In this document: piece after piece, positions 53,545 to 64,000 of the stretch
Position numbering within the stretch: position 1 is the stretch's first letter
How the letters are laid out: each line of letters begins with the position of its first letter
Assembly: GCF_009914755.1 (NCBI RefSeq)
Contig: NC_060931.1
Reading direction: 5' to 3' (one strand)
Length of the DNA: 64,000 bases
Origin: the human T2T-CHM13v2.0 reference genome, Homo sapiens
The notes under the pieces: model-generated
What the model saw: only the letters and a program-made list of their open reading frames with translations
Told to the model about the DNA's origin: nothing
Databases searched by the model: none
Position numbers and translations under genes: made by a program

Positions 53545-56189
53545 GTAAAGGGATGAGAATGAAACTACAATTACCTTAGTTTCTCATGAAAGCATAATCA
53601 GATCAATAATTTAAAATATTTTTAAAACCTAAATTCTGGTTTTATCATAATTTTTAGTAATTATGGAATGAGCCAATTTAGTAAACTAATGGATTATATT
53701 AGGATTATATTACTTGGAAGACTTCAATAAGTCAATTTATTCAATTTCAGCCCTTGGAAAATACAGTAATTTGAATAAAACAATATTTTAAAATTGAAGT
53801 GAATTTTATAATTCATTAAATTATAAGGAAAAACTATGAAAAATTAGGATATGGATTTTAAGAGGCTAATCTGTCAAACTCTAATGTAAGTAGAAATGGT
53901 TTAAAATCTGTAACAGTATAGAAACTCTTAATGACAAACCTGAGAGATAAGGAAGATATAGTAGACACTGATTAAATACTTAAAAATATGTGGCATAAGA
54001 AATGTATAAATCTTTTTATTAAAAGTGATAATTCAAAAAATCTACCAAAAATGAAAATTCATTTTTGAGAGAAACTGATACTGGAAAATGTGTAAATAAG
54101 GTATAGAAAAATATAGGTTCATTCACAGAAAGTAGTTCAGGGACTTATTTAAAAGTTCACTATAAAGGAGAAAAATAAACTTTATTTCATCATGCTGTTG
54201 CTCATACATACATGAACTTGTGATGCGAATATTTAAGTTTGCTATCTTAGGATACTTTCTCATAGAATTATGAATATGCTTTAAAATTACAAAAATCTAG
54301 AAAAGACTTGTCCAGCTTTGGCATGTGTTAATGAGATATACTAGGTGATATCCAGCTGAATAGCATTTCTTACCAGTACGATAGGTTACCAGGTGCCTAT
54401 GAAGAATAACAAATTGTACAGGTCAAAAGCAACAAATGTTTCCTTCCTTGGAAGTTGCTTAGACTAGTTGAAATAAATATGAATAGTTAAAATATATATG
54501 GTTTGTATAATAATTTGTAGAGAAAAAACTTTGACTATCGCCAACTTAAATTTTATTTTTGAATTACATTTTCTTCATTCATTTTAGTCACACATTCTGT
54601 CACTAAGTGAGATTACTATGCATTTCCCCTGCTTGGATTTCCTGGGAAACAAGCTGGTTCCCTTGAGTAGTTTCATGTAAGTATACAGTAGTGGTATTCC
54701 ATCTTCTTTCCAAACTGGTTATGGCCCTCTAGTTCTGTCCATTGCAGCCTGTACATACCCTGAACATGTACAGCACTATCAGAAAATAAATCCAATTTTC
54801 CTTAAAAATAGGTCAGAACCTGAGCAACTTAGCATAAAAATAATTATCTGAGTCTGAATTCCCATCTCAAAGAATATACAAAAATTATTTTTTATCCTGT
54901 ACACAAATCTAAACAGTTTGACTTTATAATTATTTGGCAAAACATATTCTCACCTTTGAGTGTACACAGTGTCAATTCAGTGACAGTGGACTCTAAGTAA
55001 ATAGCTAAAAGTGAAAAAAATACAACTACATATGTGTGGAAGGGCAGTGAATTTTAAAAGCTGTTTGAAGTCTCATGCCCCTTGACCTTCTCTCATTATT
55101 ATTGCCTGGTGAACCTTTTCAAGATGAATGGTGTATATCTTTAACTATGACAGTCCATTTAGCAATCACAATATTTCCTATAAGTTAGATAAATTGACCA
55201 GTCACTTAACAAGAAGAAAGGCCAGCATCAGTTGCAGCAAAGGTCACTCAATCTAGTTTTGTTCTATATTAAATTGTCATCAGATCTGAACAGCAATTTT
55301 ATCAATAATACATCTAACTAGAATTTTGCAAAATGTAGAAATCAACTGCCTTCCCTATGGGATAAATGAAGTAGGTAAATAAGACACAACTCTCCACGAC
55401 AAACTCACAGGGTATTGAACCAATATTCTCATCTATCACTTAAACTAAAGATGACTTTCAGAAATAACTCTATTGGTTCAAACGTTTATCCTTATAGAGA
55501 TTAAACAAGTGAATGTCATGTGGACTTGGTAAATATGTTTGACTTTTCTGCCTAGCCAAGCAATAAATATATGAAACAAGCAAAATATATTCTGATATTA
55601 TGAACTGAATATAATAATAAGGAGGCTATCACTCAAATCCAGAATAAGGAGTGATCTACAGTACAATTGACCTGAATTCAAGATTAAATGCCATTGAGAA
55701 CAGAGGCAGGCAGAGGACTCAGATTGGTGGAGAACAGGGAGAAACAGTTTAGCCAATGCAACGAGTGGGGTTTGGTTTACACAGGATTAAAGAACAACCA
55801 CAAAGCTAAAAAGGACATTTTGAAGAAAATCTGGGAAATTTGAAAATGGGGGAAATTTCAAAACTGCCACTGCATTAATGTTTATTGTCTTAGGTATGGT
55901 AATGATGATGTGGCAGAGTAAGAGAAGGTCTTTGTTTCTAGAAAATGCAAATTGAAATGGTTAAGGAGGAGTGCCATGATATTTACAGAAAACTTCTTTT
56001 AATGATTTGGGAAAGTGTGTGGGTGTGTGTACATGCATGTGCATGTATGTTTCTGTGTATAAACAGCAATTGTGGGAAGAAATCAATAGTTCATGAACAT
56101 AAGGAGAAGTAAACAGGGGTACACTGTACATTCAATGTTTTTTGGGGTTTCAGAAAATTCAATTTAAAAATATCAGAACATATTATTCC

Positions 56190-56705
56190 TCTGCCCCAAA
56201 CCTTGTACCAGAATCCCATTTTATTCGCAACCAAAGCCAGTCATTATGATGACCTACATTATCTGGTTCTTCATAACGTCTCTAACCACTGTGTGTGCAA
56301 TTCTTCCCTTGTGGTTACTTTCCTCCAGTCACATCAGCTTTTTTACTGTTTCTCAAACATACCAAGCATGTGTCTGCACTGCCTGTTCCCTTAGCCAGGA
56401 ACATTAATTAGTCTAGATGTATTAATTCTTTACTTAAATACACATTAACGAAATCTACTTTAACCACCTTGTTTAAAACTGTAACCCTGCTACAACACAT
56501 GTTAACTTTCCACATGATTTTTAATATAACTTTCAAAATTATTGTATATTTTATTATATAGTATTTTCATTTTATTATCAGTATCACCCCAAAGTAAGTT
56601 CCAACAGGAATAGATCTTTGGGTTTTCTGTTCACAGAAAAACCTAGAAGAGTTGCTGGCATATAATTGGTCCTTAATTAATTCTTGTTGAAAGTTGAATG
56701 AATAA
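56190..56705 (+). mobile_element. Degenerate L2 3' fragment
   Basis: ctgtttctcaaacataccaagcatg...cctagaagagttgctggcatataattggtccttaattaattcttgttgaaagttgaatgaataa. Confidence 0.6.
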
Positions 56706-57812
56706 AGAACACCTCTCCTTGTAGCCAGAAAATGAAAGATCTGAGTGCAGTTTTGTTGTAGAAAACAATGGGTTGAGGACAACAGAAGCTCCAACAAGGA
56801 AACAGCTCAGCATAAAAGAGTATCAGTCAGGGAGAACATTCAAGGAATAAGGACTTAGAAGGAGAGATGACTTTAAGACATCATAGACATTTTCTTACTT
56901 TAACAATATGAATGAGGAGCTGAAAAGGGATCAAAATAAATATATTAGCTATTCTTTAAATATCCTGTAATCTAGGAGTGATCATTTACAATAAAAGGAT
57001 TTAGAATAAATGTAAACCAGTGAGATGTGTGTGAAATATCTGATAAGTAATGTGCAAGAAACATGTAACCTGAGTTTAAATAAGAAGACCATACTTGGCA
57101 GGACTATTCAGTATCCTAATCAAATGATGGTTCTTATGTTAATATTGAGGTTGTTATTTTCCTTCTAAACTCATTTGCAAAAGACCTTGGGCCATTATAA
57201 ATGCTAGTTGTCCAACAATATATCAGGATATATTGGCAAACGGAATCATATGTTTGTCATAAGGCAAAACCACCTAATAAGTTCTCCGTGTTTCAAGAGC
57301 TAACATCATAGAGGCAATCACAAACTGGCTTGACACCATAGGATATATATAACAATTGGCATGCAATCTTTGTGGCAACATGGAGTCATTTAGACTGTCT
57401 AGGAGTCGACAGAGATAGGAATCTTGAGGTTGAAAGTCATGAGACTGAAAGCCTCTTTACAGGTTTTTCACCTTCCCCTTTCTAAGTACTACTGGCGTAT
57501 TTAGGTAATTAGCGATGGGTATGGTCAAAAGTGATCTCCAACTCTAGTCCATGTGATTGTGAACTCAGGGATAGACCTCTTGAACTAAGGACAGTGAGTT
57601 CACAGTTTCATTAAAAAGGTGTCGGCAGACTTCCCATGTGTAATATTTTATACCTTAGTTTGATAAGAAAAGATATCATTAAGGACAATTTATTCTACGT
57701 TGTTAATTTGTTATATAAAATGCATTGTTTTTGAAGCCTTATCTAAGAATATGATATTTAAATTTAAAAGTACTTTTATTTCAATCAGTTGACTTACAAA
57801 CAAATTTTCTAG

Positions 57813-58262
<450 letters not shown>

Positions 58263-60603
58263 CATTTAATGGATTTGAAAGCAATCACCTGTAGAGCAGC
58301 CTACTCTGGAAAATTAATTGCAAAGATATTTGTAACCAAAGAATAGTTAATTATTAAATCATCAATTGTGTTGATCCCTTGGCTGGGACTTAAGGCAGTG
58401 AGTCTGTAAGGTCACCAGTGGGCTGCCATTTCATAATAACTTGTGATGATAAATGAGTTTAACTAGATATTTATCTTTTTTTTCAAGAAGCTGTGTCTCA
58501 AGAAAGGGTCCTTAGGGAAACACTTTTCTAAGCAAAATTCTGATTATGTTTATCTAGAAATATCTCTGGTATTCACACCCAGACATTCACTTTTCCCCAT
58601 GTAATTTTGTCTCACCTGATTTATTAATGTTGGCTAATAGTTCCTACTATCTAGAAGTACTACCTGAAGCTTTTCCTTCTATTTATTTATATCCAGTTTA
58701 TTTTCAGTAAACGTTTGCATTTTCAGTTTTATTTGTGGCAGTTAAATTCTAAATAAGAAATATTTCAGTGAGTCCTCTTCTTAACTTTAATCTAAAAGTA
58801 TCTGTATGATTACTTGCAATATCTATAGCAGTGATTAATTTCAAGTATCTTGAAAATTAAATAACGTAAATAAGCAACATTTTTGAAAACTGACATATAA
58901 TTTATATTATTCTAATCTTAAATTTCACTTTCTTGTCACTATGGCATTTGTCAAAGACAAATTTTAGAAGCTGGCTTTGAATAGTGGTGATTCATACCAC
59001 TATTCCACATGTTCATTATTTTACCTATTGCATTGACACTTAATTCTGTGATCTTTATGTAACCAGAGCATAAAAACTTGAAAAAATAACCAACTTTTCA
59101 TCATACATTTTTTAATAAAACTATTTTGTTTTCAATTCTTAGTTGAATCACCCTCTATTATATTTAAAGATCTATTTAATAAATAAAAGAATCATAGTTA
59201 AATCATAATTTTAAGTAGAGTTTAAATAATGTTGCACTCAGAAGCCAAACCAAATATTTAGTTTGCTAATAGAAAATAATAAAATTTCAAGAATTATATT
59301 TTAATTGCAATTGCCATAATCTGGTTTAATCCTAGGTTTGCTCAAAATGTGATCTTAATGAAACCATTTAGTACATGAAATTACAGAATTTATTTTCTGT
59401 TTATCTAAAGTCAAGAGTATAGTTTAAAGAGCAAGGTTAATTCTGACAGTGAAGCCACATTTACCAGTGTTTCTGAGGCAAAGGGCTAATGTTATCAACT
59501 GGAAACTGACAAATGATTGTTTCAGTCTAACTTTTGAGCTTTATCATTACCCACAACTTCTTTGAAATCTCTCTTCTACTTCAAGGACTACACATAGCAT
59601 GAAAATTGAATCTTCGGTAGGATTCACAACCAATTCTAGATTGTGTGATTTAAATTATTTGTTCTAAACTTCCATTACTTTGAGAAAACTATGCAAAAAA
59701 ATTAATGCTAAAGTAAGGTCAATATTTGTGGAATCACATTCTTTAACTCCAAATCTACTGACTATACTGAAATATATCAAGATTTTTTGGCTACGTAGAA
59801 GTATTTATGGTAAGTAAAAAGAGAAATCTTTTCAACGTATTTTACTTTTTAAAAAATCAAAAATAATAGTTATATGTGAAATGAAGAAATCCATTAATAT
59901 ACAATAAATTTGCCTAATAAATATATAAAATTTTAATATTCATGAATTTTTTGATACATAGAAGACTAGAAAAAGATAATTTCATCATAAAAGTATCTCA
60001 TACATTCTTTCTTTAAAAATTTTTTTCTCATAGATCAATTTTTCAACTTAGAAAAATATATATAGAAACATTGACTATTAAGAGATTTTTCATCATAATT
60101 AATATAAAATATGTTTATGATTTATAATAAAGAATCCCATAGATATGTTTATAACAATTTCTCCTCAATTATAAAAAATTTACATTGGAATTTTTTAACT
60201 TGGTAAATATTGAATACTAACTATCATGTAGGCACATCTAATAATAAAGATGAATAAGTGATCACAACGATCAATAATCTTTAACACTTATTAGAAAAAT
60301 ATAAAAACAGTTGAATATGAAGCCATTGATGTTATAAATACAGAGAGAAAAGTTTGACATGTGAACACTAGGTATACATTTATAATTAAATAAATAGAAA
60401 ATAAATAAAGCCAATGCAAAATATGTAATTTTAAAACATTGAGAAATGAAGTGGTAACCATCAGATAACAATCTCTAAGTTATGAGATTTGGAAGTTTGA
60501 TATAAGAAAGATATCAGCTATTGCTAAATTACTTTATGCAATTTCAATATATACATACCAGGTTTTTTTTTTTCCTGGAGTAAATAGTAATTGTAAAGTT
60601 CAT

Positions 60604-61847
60604 CTTTCTCAAAAGAAGTCATACATGTGGCCAAAAAGCATACGAAAAAATACTCAACATCGCTAATTGATAAGGTTTGGATCTATCTCCTCACCCAAAT
60701 CTCACGTGGAATTGGAATCTCCAATGCTGGAGTTGGGGCCTAGTGGGAGGTGATTGGATCATGGCGGTAGATCTTTCATGAATGGTTTAGCACCATCTCC
60801 TTGCTGCTGTTCTTGTGACGGTGAGTGAATTCTCAGATCTGGTTGTTTAAAAGTGTGTTGCACCTTTTCTGTCTCTCTCTTGCTCCTACTCTGGCCGTGT
60901 GATGTGTGTGCTCTCCTTTCACCTTCCGCCATGGTTGAAAGTTTGCTGAGGCCTCTCAGAAGTGAAGCAGGTGCCAGCATTCACGCTTCTTGTACAGCCT
61001 GCAGAACTGTGAGCCAACTAAACCTCTTTTCTTTATAAATTACCCAGTCTTCAGTATTTCTTTAAGCAATGTGAGAACAGACTAATACTCTAATCGTTAG
61101 AGAAATGCAAATTCAAACCACAATGAGATACTATCTCACACCAGTCAGAATTATTATTATTAAAAAGTTAAAACAAAAAAAAACAAAACAAAACAGATGC
61201 TGGCAATGGGGATCTGGAGGAAAGGGAATGCTGGTGGTGAGAATGTAAATTAGTTCAGCCACTGTGGAAAGCAGCATGGAGATCTCTCAAAGAACTTAAA
61301 ACAGAACTACCATTTGACCCAAGAATCCCATTACTGGGTATATATGCAAAGGAATATAAATCATTCTTCTAAAAAGACACATGCACCCATATGTTCATCG
61401 CAGCACTATTCACAATAACAAAGACATGGAATCAATCTAGATGCCCATCAACACTGGCTTGGATAAAGAAAATGTGGTACATATACACCATGAAATACTA
61501 TGTACCCATAAAAAAAGAAATCATGTCCTTTACATGGATGCAGCTGGAGGCCATTATCCTAAGCAATTAATGCAGAAATGGAAAACCACATTCTGTGCAT
61601 TCTTACTTAAAAATGGGAGCTAAATGTTGAGTATACATGGACACAAACATGGGAATAATAGATACTAGGGCCTACTTGCCAGGGGGAGGGTAGAAGGAGG
61701 GTGAGTCAAAAAATTACCTATAGTGTACTCTGCTCACTACCAGGGTGATGAAATCATTTCTAAACCAATTCCGGTGACATGCAACTTACCTATGTACCAA
61801 ACCTGTACATGCAACCCCTCAATCTAAAATAAAAGATGACAAAAAAA
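60604..61847 (+). mobile_element. L1PA15/16-like LINE-1 3' fragment, interrupted by MSTA
   Basis: ORF2 C-terminal and 3'UTR similarity; TSD aaagttcat (60595-60603, 61845-61853). Confidence 0.85.
60668..61089 (+). mobile_element. MSTA MaLR solo LTR nested in L1
   Basis: MSTA-like body with perfect TSD CTAAT (60663-60667, 61090-61094), splitting L1 ORF2 sequence that is contiguous across it. Confidence 0.9.
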
Positions 61848-62217
61848 GTTCATTTTGATAAATAAAATCCAACAACAGTCAAGATAATTTCAAACGTGGG
61901 CAGCAATGGTGACAAAATGTGTTTTTAAAAAATACTAGAAGAAAAGAAACTACAGTGATTAACACTGATAGTCATACAGAAATCAACAATAATATTAATG
62001 AAATAGAATGAAGAGCCTAAGAAACCTCTGTGTACCTAAGAATTTGGTATATAATAAAGGCCCCATCATATGTTTGCTTGGAAAGAAAGGATGAATATTT
62101 TTAACACTGAAAGATGCTTCCTTATAGACTATGCTAACAAAAAATGCATATTTATGGAATTTTACACATCAATTTAGTAGTTAAATGTAAAGTCAATACC
62201 TAAAGAATAACAGAAGT

Positions 62218-62542
<325 letters not shown>

Positions 62543-63104
62543 TTATGGTGGACAGTGAGAAATGACCCAAAGGGAAAACATCAAACATATTTGAATACAT
62601 AAGACTTTGAATTTCTTTTTTAAAAAATGTTTAATTATTATGGATTCATAATAATACATATTTGTGGGGTACATTTTTTTTGATACAAGCTTACAATGTG
62701 GAGAGTGATTAGGAGAGTGATTAGTCAAATCAGGGTAATTGGGAATTTCTACATGGTAAACTCATTTTAAAAATTAAAAATAAAAAATTGCACATAAGGT
62801 GATTAATAAAAAGCCTGTTATTAACAATAAGAAAAAACAATCTAACCCACAGAAAACAATGAACAAATGGCATGAAGAGACAATTTACAGAAATACACAC
62901 ACAGACACAGATAAATGGCCAGAAGTTATAAATAACCCAAGTTTACCTAATAATAATCGGGAAATTAAAATAGCATAGTTCTTCAACAGTAGAATTACCC
63001 AAACAGTAATAATCAATATTGGCAGCATTTGGTGATAGTGGCTTTTTCACAATGCTAGTAGGAGTATAAATTAGAGTGATAACTTTGTAAAATAATATGC
63101 CAAG

Positions 63105-63449
63105 ACTTATTATTCAGCCTTAAGAAAATAAGGAAATTCTAACATTTGTAACAACATAGATGAACCTGGAAAACCTTAGGCTAAATGAAACAGTCCAGTT
63201 TCCGAAAGACAAAAACTGTATGATTCCATTTATATAAGGTATTAACAATAGTCAAACTAATAGCAGCAGGCAATAGGATGATGGTTGCCAGGAGCTGGGG
63301 GAAGGAATAAATGGGGAGCTGGTATAAAGCTTAAGTTAGGCAAGATAAATCAGTTCTAGAGATGTGCTGTACAACATACTGCCCATAGTTAACAATGTGA
63401 TATTGTGCACTTAAAAATATGTTAAGGGGTTAGGTCTCATGTTAAGCAT

Positions 63450-63489
<40 letters not shown>

Positions 63490-63660
63490 ACACAAGAAAA
63501 GTTTTGGAGGTAATGGATATTTTTATTACCTTAATTGTAGTCTTGGTATAACAATCAAGCACATGTATGCCTATGTTCAAACTATCAATTTGTATATATT
63601 ATGCGTGTGCAGTTTTTGTATGTCAATTATAACTCAATAAAGTTGTTAAAAAATAAAAAT
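63105..63660 (+). mobile_element. L1MB-like 3' end with internal (CA)n
   Basis: tattattcagccttaagaaa...ttctagagatgtgctgtacaaca...aattataactcaataaagttg. Further older L1M pieces likely at 61900-62210 and 62580-63100. Confidence 0.7.
63454..63485. repeat. (CA)n microsatellite
   Basis: About 16 units, inside the L1MB-like element. Confidence 0.95.
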
Positions 63661-63732
63661 CATACAATTAGCTTTGCCTTTATGCTAGTATATTTCTATC
63701 TGAATATGTAGCCTAAGAAACTAAAGACATAA

Positions 63733-64000
63733 GGCCAGGTGCTATGGCTCACACCTGTAATCCCGGCACTTTGGGAGGACGAGGTGGACAAATCACCTGA
63801 GGACGGGAGTTCGAGACCAGCCTGGCCAACATGGCGAAACCTTGTCTCTACTGAAAATACAAAAATTAGCTGTGCGTGGTGGCATGTGCCTGTAATTCCA
63901 GCTACTCGGGAGGCTGAGGCACGATAATCTCTTGAACCCAGGAGGCAGGGGTTGCAGTGAGCCATTGCACTCCAGCCTGGGTGACAGAGTGAGATTTGTC
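63733..64000 (+). mobile_element. AluS, runs off the window end
   Basis: Dimeric Alu with an 11-bp deletion near 63963. Confidence 0.9.

Noticed and set aside
60556-60573. ATACCAGGTTT matching the TSD of the L1 at 33392-35074
   Set aside because: An 11-bp match in T-rich sequence with no associated element boundary; consistent with chance.

Overview
AT-rich, gene-poor catarrhine primate DNA (AluY and L1PA4 present; probably human or ape), intergenic or deep intronic. I see no supportable host exon, RNA gene or CpG island. Much of the window is retrotransposon and DNA-transposon debris (L1, L2, MIR, Alu, MaLR/ERV LTRs, Tigger4, MER5/20/58). The standout is a 3.45-kb minus-strand provirus at 37888-41335. 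It has two ~425-bp LTRs that resemble MER95 (from memory) and a tRNA-Trp-type primer-binding site. Its betaretrovirus-type gag 5' end is fused directly to a near full-length betaretrovirus-type env, with no pro/pol. That combination does not match the HML1-10 (HERV-K) LTR/PBS types I know. Other notable items are an L1PA4 insertion that truncates an LTR8B without a target-site duplication (TSD), a twin-primed inverted L1, several local tandem duplications, an interlocked inverted repeat, and three repeat-free motif clusters that may be enhancers. Repeat subfamily names come from remembered consensus sequences and need RepeatMasker/Dfam confirmation.
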